From NCBI GenBank assembly GCA_028680875.1, contig JAQUJQ010000001.1, positions 1 to 49,165 on the forward strand: DNA of 49,165 bases, written 5' to 3'. The notes beneath the pieces were generated by a model. That model was not told the DNA's origin. It saw only the letters and a program-made list of their open reading frames with translations, and made no database searches. Positions 36,130-46,290 of this stretch are shown one piece after another; the stretch's first letter is position 1, and each line of letters opens with the position of its first letter. Both the position numbers and the translations under genes were made by a program. This stretch comes from Eubacteriales bacterium. Its GTDB lineage: Bacteria; Bacillota; Clostridia; Peptostreptococcales; Anaerovoracaceae.

Positions 36130-37230
36130 TTATCGGCTGATATTGCGTATTATTTCGGCGATGGCTGTGGCACATTCGGCGACGCGTTCGTAATTGACAA
36201 TCTCGAGGTTGTCGTCAGGTGTGTGGGTCAATTCCTGACATTCCATATTTTCAATGAGCCATTGTGAACTGACGGCGATGGCAGGGCATCCTTGCTGCAG
36301 AAATACGCTGTGGTCACCTTGATACCATGGCACTCCTTCGACAAGTTCTGCGGTATCGCTGACTACTTTATTGACGATTGCGGCAAGATCTTCCGGTAAT
36401 TCCATAGAAGAAAAGCATGAAAGCCCTTCTTTGTGGCCTGCTCCGTCAATATTGATATTCAGAAGGATATCGTCAAAATGCCCTGAATTCTGATTGATGT
36501 ATTCGACCTGTCCGGATGCTCCGTAATAGTCTTCTCCGTTGAAAAAGACCAGTTCAATAGGATATTTTAAGTGTTTATCTTTAAGAAGTTCTGCAAGAAG
36601 AAGAAGGACAGTGACTCCGGTAGCATTGTCTATGGCGCCCGGGATTCCCGGCTTAGTGTCGACGTGGGCGGTTATGACAACACGTTTCGTAGTGTCGTCA
36701 CCAGGCAGTCGTCCGATGACATTATAGGCGGTTTCAGGAATACGTTCAGCCATGGATATCAGTGTAACGCTCTCTCCGGCGTGCTGCAGTAATCGTTCAC
36801 CCTCTGTATCTTTCATATAGACAGAAGGAATATCGAAGTTTCCGTATTCAAACAGTGGAAAAGGGTAGACCCCGCCGGCTGTTGCCGCATTGCGTTCTGT
36901 TGCGCAGATCAAGGCTTTCGGATGTCCCTGTTCCAATAGGGAAATCAGATGCTGGTGCTCTTCAGGATTCCAGAACGGGAAGTTTTTGGGGGCTATCTGC
37001 TGAGAAGCGATTTCGCCGTATAGGAGAACAATGCTGTCGCGGATATCGGTTTTTTCAAGTAATGAAACAGTGTTGACAGGAATTAATGAACCTTCTGCGT
37101 GACATCCTATCGAATAATGTGACGAAAATACTTCAAAATGTTGGTTGTTACAGATCAGTTCTGCCCCTTTTGTCTGCCAGTCAATGACTGAAAGAGAAGT
37201 GTTTTCACTTTTCCAGCCATATTCTTTCAA
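36130..37230 (-). CDS. M28-family (aminopeptidase-like) metallopeptidase
   Basis: 366 aa. The segments ...VVITAHVDTKPGIPGAIDNATGV... and ...FFNGEDYYGASG... are M28 zinc-ligand regions. Confidence 0.65.
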   Translation of the reverse strand: MKEYGWKSENTSLSVIDWQTKGAELICNNQHFEVFSSHYSIGCHAEGSLIPVNTVSLLEKTDIRDSIVLLYGEIASQQIAPKNFPFWNPEEHQHLISLLEQGHPKALICATERNAATAGGVYPFPLFEYGNFDIPSVYMKDTEGERLLQHAGESVTLISMAERIPETAYNVIGRLPGDDTTKRVVITAHVDTKPGIPGAIDNATGVTVLLLLAELLKDKHLKYPIELVFFNGEDYYGASGQVEYINQNSGHFDDILLNINIDGAGHKEGLSCFSSMELPEDLAAIVNKVVSDTAELVEGVPWYQGDHSVFLQQGCPAIAVSSQWLIENMECQELTHTPDDNLEIVNYERVAECATAIAEIIRNISR

Positions 37231-37526
37231 CTTTTCTTCGATATAAGAGGTCGCTTTACGGTTGCTGATGCTTCCTACTCGGCGTTCTCATATCTCGGAA
37301 CACAATACATGCAGATGCGTCTTGCCCGCAAGTTTGACAATTTGTTCTTTCATGAATAATATCTTCTACTTGTTTCTGCAAAGATACATTTTTATTGCAT
37401 CTATCCGCTTTTATCGTTATATTTGTAATCGGCAAAAACATAAACTTGAACAAGTCGGACTGGACTCTATTGGCTCCATGACCGGACTACATCGCTACGT
37501 ATTTTTTATTTGACAAACTATTAAGT

Positions 37527-38594
37527 ATGAACGATTTTGAAGATTATATAAGACAAGGTGAACCTGATAAAAAAGAAAAAGGTTATGCTTGGCAAACTGC
37601 TATAGGTTTGCAGGCTGTTGATGATTTAAAAACATCTGATTATCTCATACAGACAGCACGTCAGCACATTGAAGGAGATATTACAATTGAAGAAGCTAAA
37701 CAACTTATTGATAGGTATTACCATTCAAAGACAGTGAGAGCCGAAGCAGAAGACCGAACAGAAGAAGCTGATAAGGTTTCGGCACGAATTGCCGAAATTC
37801 TATCGGAGAATTCGTTCACATTTTCTCCTGTGGAATACATAAACATTCATCGTCGTCTCTTCAAGGATATCTATAAGTATGCTGGCAAGATAAGAGATTA
37901 TAATATTACTAAAAAAGAATGGGTGCTGGAAGGAGAAACTGTGTTGTACTCTAGTGCTGATACCATTCGCGAAACTCTTGAGTACGACTTTGTTCAGGAG
38001 AAGAATTTTAGTTATAAGAACCTTAATATAAACGATGCGATTACACATATAGTAAGATTTATTTCTGGTGTTTGGCAAATACATGCTTTTGGCGAAGGTA
38101 ATACTCGAACCACAGCTGTGTTTACCATCAAATATTTGCGCACATTCGGTTTCGATATCAGCAACGAATCATTTGCCAATCATTCGTGGTTTTTCCGAAA
38201 CGCGTTGGTACGAGCCAATTATAACAATTTGAACAAAGGTATTTATGCCACAACAGACTATCTTGAGGCGTTTTTCAGGAACCTGATATTATCCGAAAAC
38301 AACGAATTGAAGAACAGATCTATACTTGTATCAAGACAGAACGCCACAGAACTTAAAAGTAAAATTTCTTTTTCAAAGTGCAATATTTGCACTTTGAGTT
38401 GCACTTTAGAAGAAATAGCCGTGCTTAACTTCTTACGAGAACAGCCTAAGGCTACACAAAAAGAAATTGCAGCACATATAGGCAAATCTGAGAGAACTGT
38501 AAAAACCATTACTGTCAATTTAGCCGAAAAGGGTATTATAGAAAGAAAAAACGGCAAAAGAAATGGTTTTTGGGAGATTAAAAACAATGATTAA
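37527..38594 (+). CDS. Fic/DOC-family protein with C-terminal wHTH
   Basis: 355 aa. The Fic-like motif HAFGEGNTRTTA (38082-38117) is a variant of HxFx(D/E)GNGRxxR. The C-terminus has ...FLREQPKATQKEIAAHIGKSERTVKTITVNLAEKGIIERK. Confidence 0.75.
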   Translation: MNDFEDYIRQGEPDKKEKGYAWQTAIGLQAVDDLKTSDYLIQTARQHIEGDITIEEAKQLIDRYYHSKTVRAEAEDRTEEADKVSARIAEILSENSFTFSPVEYINIHRRLFKDIYKYAGKIRDYNITKKEWVLEGETVLYSSADTIRETLEYDFVQEKNFSYKNLNINDAITHIVRFISGVWQIHAFGEGNTRTTAVFTIKYLRTFGFDISNESFANHSWFFRNALVRANYNNLNKGIYATTDYLEAFFRNLILSENNELKNRSILVSRQNATELKSKISFSKCNICTLSCTLEEIAVLNFLREQPKATQKEIAAHIGKSERTVKTITVNLAEKGIIERKNGKRNGFWEIKNND

Positions 38595-38622
38595 ATCGGC
38601 AAATTCTAATTATATATCCATT

Positions 38623-39435
38623 ATGAGACGTCTCTATATTACATTTTCAGTATTACTCGCGGCATTTGCTCTGGCCGGCTGTTATCACAAACATTCAACC
38701 GTGTATGAGACAGACGAATACGGTGTAGTTACACGTATAAATCCATCAGAAAAGAGCGTATATCTTGTATTTACAGCTCATTTTAGTACAAATGACAATG
38801 GGGCTTTTGAAAATTTTGACGGAATAGTGCCGGTGCTCGACACCCTTGCAAGCCGTGGAGTAAAAGGCTCATTTTTCCCTACAGGCAATTGTTTCAGAGT
38901 TGAACGCTATAAAGAGCCTATACAGAGAATAATAGATGAAGGCCATTATCTGTCGGCCCATTCCAACCACCATCTGCTACTGTGTTCATACGCAAATCGG
39001 GATTCATCCCTTGTCACAGCCGATTCAATCCGCACCGACATCAAAGGTATGGAAGCAGAACTCCGACAATTCGGACTCACAAAAGAGCAATTCAACTGGA
39101 TGATACCACCTTACGAATATTACAATCAATTTTCGGCGGATGTACTTCGTGAACTCGGATATAATCTTGCAAATCCTACCGAAGGTCTTGAGACAAGCAT
39201 GGATTGGATGGGGCCCGAATCTCCGGATTATTGTTCTGCGCAGAATCTTGTCGAAAATATCTGGAAATATGATAATGAGCATACTCTCAGTGGCGTTATA
39301 CTTCTTATCCATGCCATGAATTACCCTGATCGTACAGATGCCGATCGCACATATCTTCACTTGGGAGAAATCATCGACGGAATCAGAGCCGGAGGCTACG
39401 ATTTCAAGACATTTGCAGACATCCCGAAGCAGTAG
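38623..39435 (+). CDS. polysaccharide deacetylase (NodB-like) lipoprotein
   Basis: The start was moved to MRRLYITFSVLLAAFALAGC (lipobox). The segments ...VYLVFTAHFSTNDNG..., ...HYLSAHSNHH... and ...LLIHAM... are NodB-like. The assignment is moderate. Confidence 0.5.
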   Translation: MRRLYITFSVLLAAFALAGCYHKHSTVYETDEYGVVTRINPSEKSVYLVFTAHFSTNDNGAFENFDGIVPVLDTLASRGVKGSFFPTGNCFRVERYKEPIQRIIDEGHYLSAHSNHHLLLCSYANRDSSLVTADSIRTDIKGMEAELRQFGLTKEQFNWMIPPYEYYNQFSADVLRELGYNLANPTEGLETSMDWMGPESPDYCSAQNLVENIWKYDNEHTLSGVILLIHAMNYPDRTDADRTYLHLGEIIDGIRAGGYDFKTFADIPKQ

Positions 39436-39746
39436 GGGAGACTCCACCCGCTTCAGCCACGACTTCCGAGGCAACGTAGTACGAGAATGCTACAGATGTT
39501 TCCTCGCCACTGTTACTGCATTTTCAGACAAAGTTAGGATTATCAAATTATTAAATGTACCTTTGCCGCTGATAAACATCAAGTTTATACTGAATTCTTC
39601 TTTTGCAGAACTATTTCCGACCTCTCAATCGGACATTCTATAATAAAACAAGATCTCATTATCGGCTTACTTGTTAAATAATAACAGTCGCGGGTTTGTC
39701 CAAACGAAACATTCCGACGTGACACAATTTGATTGTACAAAACATT

Positions 39747-40874
39747 ATGACATTTAACGAATTACACATTTCCGAATCCGTATTGAAAGCTCTCGGAGAA
39801 AAGAACTATATCACACCTACACCCATTCAGGCAAAGGCCATTCCGCCGGCATTGGATGGAACGGACATCATAGGTATCGCCCAGACAGGCACAGGCAAGA
39901 CAGCAGCATTTGCGATACCCATTATCGAACACTTAAATCATGCGCAACACTCAAGCAACTCAAAAAGAGAAATTAAAGCGCTTATCCTGACGCCGACACG
40001 AGAACTCGCCATTCAGATCAACGATACATTTACCGACTACGGAAAATATACAAATCTGAAACATACTGTAATATTTGGCGGTGTCAATCAGAATCCGCAG
40101 GTCAGAACATTGAAAAGCGGAGTTGACATATTGATCGCCACCCCCGGAAGACTGCTGGATTTGTTGTCTCAAAAAGCATTGTCACTCAACAATATAACCC
40201 ATTTTGTACTCGACGAGGCAGACCGTATGCTCGACATGGGATTTATTCACGATATCAAACGCCTGCTACCTATGTTGCCTAAAAACAGACAGACCATGCT
40301 ATTCTCGGCCACAATGCCGGATGAGATAGTAAACATCACTAAAACTATTCTTTGCAGACCGGTCAGAGTCGAAGTAAATCCTGTCTCATCAGTTGTAGAT
40401 GTAATCAGGCAAAACGTATTTTTTGTTGAGAAACCGCAGAAAATCTCACTTCTGATAACACTTTTAAGAGAACAGACCAATAAGACGGCCCTCATCTTTT
40501 CGCGTACAAAACATGGAGCCGACAGGATTGCCAAAACACTTAACAGTCGTAATATCAGATGCGAGGCCATCCACGGCAATAAATCTCAAAATGCACGTCA
40601 GACTGCATTACAGAATTTCAAAAGCGGAAAGTGCCGCATAATCGTTGCAACAGACATAGCCGCCAGAGGTATTGATATACAGAATCTTGGTGTCGTGATA
40701 AACTACGATATGCCCGACGTGGCGGAAACATACGTCCACCGCATAGGTCGAACCGGAAGAGCCGGCAATGGCGGAGTTGCATACACATTCTGCTCTCAAG
40801 AAGAGCATACAATGATCAACAGCATACAGAAACTCACTAAAAAAAGATTGATTCCTGTATCATTACCGGCATAA
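39747..40874 (+). CDS. DEAD-box ATP-dependent RNA helicase
   Basis: The start was moved to the ATG at 39747. Motifs present are AQTGTGKT, PTRELA, DEAD, SAT and HRIGRTGRAG. Confidence 0.92.
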   Translation: MTFNELHISESVLKALGEKNYITPTPIQAKAIPPALDGTDIIGIAQTGTGKTAAFAIPIIEHLNHAQHSSNSKREIKALILTPTRELAIQINDTFTDYGKYTNLKHTVIFGGVNQNPQVRTLKSGVDILIATPGRLLDLLSQKALSLNNITHFVLDEADRMLDMGFIHDIKRLLPMLPKNRQTMLFSATMPDEIVNITKTILCRPVRVEVNPVSSVVDVIRQNVFFVEKPQKISLLITLLREQTNKTALIFSRTKHGADRIAKTLNSRNIRCEAIHGNKSQNARQTALQNFKSGKCRIIVATDIAARGIDIQNLGVVINYDMPDVAETYVHRIGRTGRAGNGGVAYTFCSQEEHTMINSIQKLTKKRLIPVSLPA

Positions 40875-40889
40875 GATAACAACAAGGCA

Positions 40890-41441
40890 TCATTCTGACG
40901 GCACCAACTCCACTACTCGGAATGTTCGCCCCGTATATCTCTGAAATTCATTGATAATACACTCCGTGCGAACTTTCATATAACCTGTGGTGGTGCTATC
41001 GCTACAGCCGTAAAATTCTTCGGAAAGAACCTCGTTATCAATTATAATCCTCACATTTTCAGAACTTTGTAGAAGAGCGCTAAAAATAGTTGCCGCACCT
41101 CTTTCGGTTCCGAGGAGGTCGGTCATCTGCTGTTCTGAAGCAAAGGATACTCGCGATATTCCGAGAGAATGTCCGAAATCTTTGGTACTGAACGGCTTAT
41201 GCCCGCATGTGACAAATAGATAGAATGAGGTCTGCTGCCGGTTGCACACAAGGAGTGTCTTTACCATTTTAGTGCCTAAAAATGAGTCGATTGTATCGCA
41301 ATCCTCCATCGTGATAGCAGGGTCGGTGTCAACTCTGACATAATCAATCCCCAGCAAATCAAGTGTCCGATACACTTTTTCTTGAAGAGGAGTTTTGAAT
41401 GTAAGGGGAGGTGTACTATATGGCTTACTGACGTATATCAT
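40890..41441 (-). CDS. YbaK/ProX-type aminoacyl-tRNA deacylase domain protein
   Basis: 183 aa. The overall pattern ...KTLLVCNRQQTSFYLFVTCGHKPFSTKDF...LGTERGAATIFS... resembles the prolyl-tRNA-synthetase-associated editing domain. Confidence 0.55.
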   Translation of the reverse strand: MIYVSKPYSTPPLTFKTPLQEKVYRTLDLLGIDYVRVDTDPAITMEDCDTIDSFLGTKMVKTLLVCNRQQTSFYLFVTCGHKPFSTKDFGHSLGISRVSFASEQQMTDLLGTERGAATIFSALLQSSENVRIIIDNEVLSEEFYGCSDSTTTGYMKVRTECIINEFQRYTGRTFRVVELVPSE

Positions 41442-41446
41442 GATTT

Positions 41447-42106
41447 TTATGATTTTGCAAACTGTAAAATTTCAGCTTCAAGCAATAAAAATACCTTTGA
41501 AATAAGGTAGCCATCAGCTACTGCATGGTTCATTCTGACACTCACCGGCATCAAATATCTATCTCCTTCCTGCCTGTATTTACCCCAATTGACAATAGGC
41601 TGAAAATACAGATGCCCGTCAGGCAGCTCTATATTTAAAGAATCATAAGAAATCCATGAAATATACGATGCATCAAACCAATTTGGGTGGTTAATCATGT
41701 CAAAGCCGTATTGGCGGGTAGCCTTGGCATCGTCAATATCTTTTACACAGTCTTCGTAAAAATGGCTGTATTCCGGATAGTATATTGTATATACAGGGGT
41801 ACAAGTCTCTGTGTCATTGTGAAATACGTATTGACACGGATTAATTTGATCAAAAAGTACAAGCTTATCTTCCCGCCAAAGATATGCCATTTTGTAATCA
41901 TCTCTCGAGTTCATGACTTTAGCAAGCAAATAGAGGAAATTTATATAAAATTTTGTGCCTGTCCGCTTGGAATATTCTATCAATGGAGTTACATCTATTT
42001 TGTGAGTAATTGATACAGAGCATTTTGCTATCTCTGTAAATCGTTTGTAAGGTCCTTTTCTGTAGTAATCGTCAAGGTCTATGACTGTATAATGAGAATT
42101 GTTCAT
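41447..42106 (-). CDS. cat: type A chloramphenicol O-acetyltransferase family protein
   Basis: 219 aa, the CAT length. The catalytic region VRMNHAVADGYLISKVF corresponds to the canonical HHAVCDGYH. Confidence 0.75.
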   Translation of the reverse strand: MNNSHYTVIDLDDYYRKGPYKRFTEIAKCSVSITHKIDVTPLIEYSKRTGTKFYINFLYLLAKVMNSRDDYKMAYLWREDKLVLFDQINPCQYVFHNDTETCTPVYTIYYPEYSHFYEDCVKDIDDAKATRQYGFDMINHPNWFDASYISWISYDSLNIELPDGHLYFQPIVNWGKYRQEGDRYLMPVSVRMNHAVADGYLISKVFLLLEAEILQFAKS

Positions 42107-42207
42107 GATTTATGTGTATTTGTACGCAAATATACATTAGAATACCTAATTATCCGGTTTTTTCTAAAAATAGCTTACTTTTGCCGTGTATAAACGTTTA
42201 TTATTAG

Positions 42208-42840
42208 ATGAAACATTTAAAAACGCTTTTTTTAATCATGTTTTTTACAGTATGTTCAATAACTTCAAGTGGGCAGAAATTAAAATACAGAGGATTTTCG
42301 GGAGGGATGATGATACACTCCGGATATGTATCGAGTGAGAGCTATTCACTAATCAATTCGACAGGTGATCTCGTTTCAAGACACAATATGCACGGCACTC
42401 CGTTTGGAATAGGAGGGAGCATCAAAATCCATCTTTCCGACCATTTCAGGCTTGGTTCAGAGGGTTACGTCTCAACTTTATCATATGACAATAATGGCAG
42501 TTTTGCTTCTGTCGGTTGGGGTGGAATCCTTGCCGACCGGATATGGCAACTTGACAAAATCGCTCCGTTTATCGGGATTTGCATAGGTGGAGGTTCTTTT
42601 AAAAATCTGACTCTCAATTCCAACTACGGAGATGATTATATTGTGGAGAGTAATCTCTCCTACCGCAAATATTCATTTATGGCTGTCACACCGTTTGTTG
42701 GGATGGAATATGCCATCACGGATAAGGTAAGACTTGTTTTTAAAGCAGATTATCTGATGAATGTTTCCAATTTTCAGAAAGATTTTTTAAGAGGCATCCG
42801 TCTCTTCGCAGGATTTTCTTTTTATAGGTTAAAGGATTGA
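42208..42840 (+). CDS. small outer-membrane beta-barrel protein
   Basis: 210 aa with a signal peptide, alternating beta-strand pattern and a C-terminal ...FAGFSFYRL aromatic end. Confidence 0.45.
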   Translation: MKHLKTLFLIMFFTVCSITSSGQKLKYRGFSGGMMIHSGYVSSESYSLINSTGDLVSRHNMHGTPFGIGGSIKIHLSDHFRLGSEGYVSTLSYDNNGSFASVGWGGILADRIWQLDKIAPFIGICIGGGSFKNLTLNSNYGDDYIVESNLSYRKYSFMAVTPFVGMEYAITDKVRLVFKADYLMNVSNFQKDFLRGIRLFAGFSFYRLKD

Positions 42841-43472
42841 GAAATAGGGGATATAGGGTGCCGTATAACGGTCTTCCACTTTTCCGGAGCCACTTTGCGG
42901 GCATCCGACATATAGATTTCATGATGAAGTCTCTCCTCTGAAAAATCATTTCTATATCCTTGATTTGCAATATATTCGTCCATCAGTGCCACGGTTGCAG
43001 GCTCATCGTCGAAAGGGCCGATATGCATACATTGGACACAAAGCCCTTCATTAACAGTCAGAAATTCCACTTTGCCTAAATCCTGTTTCTTCTTTGCGGT
43101 TGCTTCGGCCACAGCCCAGTCAAAATCTTTCCTTGTAACAAAATCGGGGAGACGTATGACACTTGTCCAGCAAAATTTCTCTTTGCTGCCATAATCGAAA
43201 CCATCGACTCCAGCCTGCCACCAGAATCCTTCAAGAGGAGGAACCACATAATCAAAATAGCCATCAATGCGATGGTCTCCCTTCTTACTCATCTTGATGG
43301 TAAAAGCGACTGCGTACAACATTCCGATGGAGTGTTTGTAGGCTCCGTCTTCATCGTTTGGGTTGCCGGATCCGCGAACAGCGATATAATTCATTGAAGG
43401 AATGGTGATTATCTGTGGTTTACTGCCGGGGAGATAAAATTCTTTATACTCTTTCTTGTAGTCAAAAGCCAT
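42822..43472 (-). CDS. GyrI-like small-molecule-binding domain protein
   Basis: 216 aa. It carries MAFDYKKEYKEFYLPGSKPQIITIPSMNYIAVRGSGNPN...PPLEGFWWQ, typical of the GyrI-like/YdeE-type family. Confidence 0.65.
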   Translation of the reverse strand: MAFDYKKEYKEFYLPGSKPQIITIPSMNYIAVRGSGNPNDEDGAYKHSIGMLYAVAFTIKMSKKGDHRIDGYFDYVVPPLEGFWWQAGVDGFDYGSKEKFCWTSVIRLPDFVTRKDFDWAVAEATAKKKQDLGKVEFLTVNEGLCVQCMHIGPFDDEPATVALMDEYIANQGYRNDFSEERLHHEIYMSDARKVAPEKWKTVIRHPISPISQSFNL

Positions 43473-43547
43473 AATACAATACCTTTATTTATTATTCTAT
43501 TCACAAAGATATACATTCGAGACGATTTTGCTGCCTTTGCGCAAGAT

Positions 43548-44744
43548 TTACCGCAATTTGTTTTTCAGAAATGATTTGCGGGCATACGCAAAGAAAAATA
43601 TTACTCCGAGCAGGTTGACGATGAAAGCAAGCCAAAAGGCGGACGAATACCCTCCGATATTTTCAGCAACAGCACCTCCTCCGATAATCCCGATTCCAAC
43701 CCCCAAATCCCATGAAGTGAGAATAGTAGAATTGGCCGTACCGCGCTGTTCATTCGGGGCAATATTCAAAAACATAGACTGCATGGCAGGATACATGTGG
43801 CCATTTCCGAGACCGATGATAAAAGCGGCGGCATAATAGCCGTATTCATTCGGCACGGCCACAAATAGCAGATACCCGAACAGCGACACAACTATCCCGA
43901 CCGAAGCATTTTTAGCTATCAAGCCCTTTCTCAATGATTTACCTCCTATAAGCCTTGAAATAATCAGGCCGAGAGCTAAAAGGAGAAAAAATGTGCCTGA
44001 GCCTGCCTTCATATTAAGCACTTCCTGACTGTAAATGGCGACGTAAGTTGACAATACTCCAAATGAAAATGCAACTGCGGCAATGCATACGCCTTGACTC
44101 CAGCCTTTTAGGAGAATAAATCTGTCGAGGGACAGCTTCTGCTTGTTAGGAACTATATCTCTCTCCTGACATTTTAAGGTAGAATTGATAACAAGACCTA
44201 CAAGACCGAAAATCAGTGAAATAGAGAACAATATGTCGTAGCTTCCCACCACTTCGTGCAAAATAAGACCTATAGAAGGACCGACCGCCATCGCAATATT
44301 ATTGCTAAGTCCGTAATAACCAATTCCTTCTGCACGCCTCTGCGAATGCAGCACATCAATTGCCATAGTGCTTGCCGCAACGGTTGTGGCTCCGAAAGGG
44401 GCTCCATGCAGAGTTCTGATAAGAGCAAACAGGGCAAGAGAAGCCGTTATGTAATATCCTGCAAAGAACAAAGCAAATGCGGCATAACATATCAGAAGGA
44501 CCTTTTTTCGAGGGTAACTATCTACAATATATCCGCTGAACAATCTGATTATCAGGGCAGTGACAGTATAACCGCTTAGCACTATCCCTATCATAGCCTT
44601 GTCTGACCCGAATGTATCCCTCAAAAATAGCGGCAGGAGAGGGGCTATCAGATAAAACGCAAAATACATCATGAAATTGGCAATCCACACCTTCAGGTAA
44701 TTGCTGTTCCACAACTTCGGAAGAACTTCTGCATCTGCTTTCAT
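43548..44744 (-). CDS. MFS transporter
   Basis: 398 aa with about 12 TM helices. An MFS loop motif (...DSYPRKKVLL...) is present. Confidence 0.85.
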   Translation of the reverse strand: MKADAEVLPKLWNSNYLKVWIANFMMYFAFYLIAPLLPLFLRDTFGSDKAMIGIVLSGYTVTALIIRLFSGYIVDSYPRKKVLLICYAAFALFFAGYYITASLALFALIRTLHGAPFGATTVAASTMAIDVLHSQRRAEGIGYYGLSNNIAMAVGPSIGLILHEVVGSYDILFSISLIFGLVGLVINSTLKCQERDIVPNKQKLSLDRFILLKGWSQGVCIAAVAFSFGVLSTYVAIYSQEVLNMKAGSGTFFLLLALGLIISRLIGGKSLRKGLIAKNASVGIVVSLFGYLLFVAVPNEYGYYAAAFIIGLGNGHMYPAMQSMFLNIAPNEQRGTANSTILTSWDLGVGIGIIGGGAVAENIGGYSSAFWLAFIVNLLGVIFFFAYARKSFLKNKLR

Positions 44745-45167
44745 TATTACTAAAAATCGAAACCTGATTACATTATTGCGTCAATATTGCCTGAGTAATT
44801 CCCATGCTTTTGACGTATCTTTCATGCCGTCAAAACCCCATTCGTCGATATTCTTCAGATAGCCGCTCTCAGTTCCATTGTCTCCTTTTCTCGGATAAAT
44901 CAATCTCGGATTCATATAAATAAGATTAATAGTGCAAAAGTAACGTTTTTATGCAGTTTATTGAACATCACACTACCACAAATCACCCTTTTATCATTCC
45001 ACTCCATGATAAAGAAATTATTGCGCGGGGCAGAGCGTTTCGATTTAATGGGCTATATATCAGATATTTTAGTACGCAACAGGCGCAACTTGCATCCGAT
45101 GCCGTCACAGAAGTGTATTTTCTTGATATTTGTTTATATTTTTGCAAGGACAAAAAGAACAACTATC

Positions 45168-45824
45168 ATGGCATTCAATCAAATTCTTTCCGCTGTAAAC
45201 GGGACACTCCTGCCGGAACAAGACTCTTTAGGCAGGTATCTATATAATGGTGAGTATTACGACCTGCCGGCAAGCATAATAAAGTTGTCGGAACTCGAAA
45301 GAGAAAAGACCATCCTGATTATTGCAATAATCGCCGTATCAATAGTTGTCGTCATGGCCTGCATATATACCTTCTATATATTGAGGAAAAGAAAACGTGA
45401 ACTTGACAACACATCATTGCAAAATCAGCTGCTCAAGCACTCTGCCGAGATGCTTCCAAAGTTTACAGACAAAGTAAATACCCTCTCGAACAAAAGCCTG
45501 AGACTCTCCGAAGAGTTGTTTGACGAATTTCAGGAGGCCATCGACCAGGTAAAAACGACACAGAAACAGAATCTCTCGGTTATCGTCAATGACAAGGAAT
45601 TTCAGACAAAATATCCGTTCATAAACGACTTCCCGTCACTCACAAACCTTGAAAAGACCATATTTGTCCTCTACGAACAACAGTTCAAGACACAGGAAAT
45701 AGCTCTGATCCTGAATATTACCGACAATAATGTCAGAGCCGTAAAAGCTAAAATAAAGAATAAGATACTGCAGACCAAGGCGCCGGACAAGCAGTCTTAT
45801 AATAATTACAAAATATTCAAATAA
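45168..45824 (+). CDS. membrane-anchored LuxR/GerE-type HTH regulator
   Basis: The start was moved to the ATG at 45168 (MAFNQIL...). It has one TM helix (ILIIAIIAVSIVVVMACIYTFYIL) and a C-terminal LuxR HTH (LTNLEKTIFVLYEQQFKTQEIALILNITDNNVRAVKAKI). Confidence 0.6.
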   Translation: MAFNQILSAVNGTLLPEQDSLGRYLYNGEYYDLPASIIKLSELEREKTILIIAIIAVSIVVVMACIYTFYILRKRKRELDNTSLQNQLLKHSAEMLPKFTDKVNTLSNKSLRLSEELFDEFQEAIDQVKTTQKQNLSVIVNDKEFQTKYPFINDFPSLTNLEKTIFVLYEQQFKTQEIALILNITDNNVRAVKAKIKNKILQTKAPDKQSYNNYKIFK

Positions 45825-45831
45825 TCGTACC

Positions 45832-46236
45832 ATGAAACACAAGATTTTATTAGTAACGCTCCTGCTTTTGATTGCATCTGCAGGATATGCACAACAACAA
45901 GACAATAAAGATGAGGTAATTCCATTTGCCCTGGTGGAAGATAAGCCAAGCTTTATGGGTGGAAACGCAAATGAATTCTCAAAATGGGTGAGCACTCAGT
46001 TGAAGTATCCCAAAGAGGCCAAAGAAGCCAAACAAGCAGGCAGAGTGACATTGCAATTCACAGTTGACGTTGACGGCTCTGTCATAGACGTCCAGCTTCT
46101 CAGGGGCACCAGAAGCAAAGCTCTCAATGACGAAGCCATAAGAGTTACCAAAAGTTCTCCAAAATGGACCCCGGGTAAACACAAAGGCAAAGTAGTAAAA
46201 GTCACATACGTCTTTCCTGTCATATTCCAACTATAA
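45832..46236 (+). CDS. TonB C-terminal-domain protein
   Basis: 134 aa with a signal peptide. The TonB_C pattern is ...PSFMGGNANEFSKWVSTQLKYPKEAKEAKQAGRVTLQFTVDVDGSV...AIRVTKSSPKWTPGKHKGKVVKV. Confidence 0.8.
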   Translation: MKHKILLVTLLLLIASAGYAQQQDNKDEVIPFALVEDKPSFMGGNANEFSKWVSTQLKYPKEAKEAKQAGRVTLQFTVDVDGSVIDVQLLRGTRSKALNDEAIRVTKSSPKWTPGKHKGKVVKVTYVFPVIFQL

Positions 46237-46290
46237 CAGACTGAAAAACTACTATCTATCCTGTCCGTTCTCTCCTGCGTAACCGTATCT

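Noticed and set aside
35861-36175. 104-aa minus-strand ORF
   Set aside because: It spans the inverted-repeat end and the 24-bp-stem hairpin and overlaps the 3' end of the M28 peptidase gene. It has no motifs and is likely spurious.
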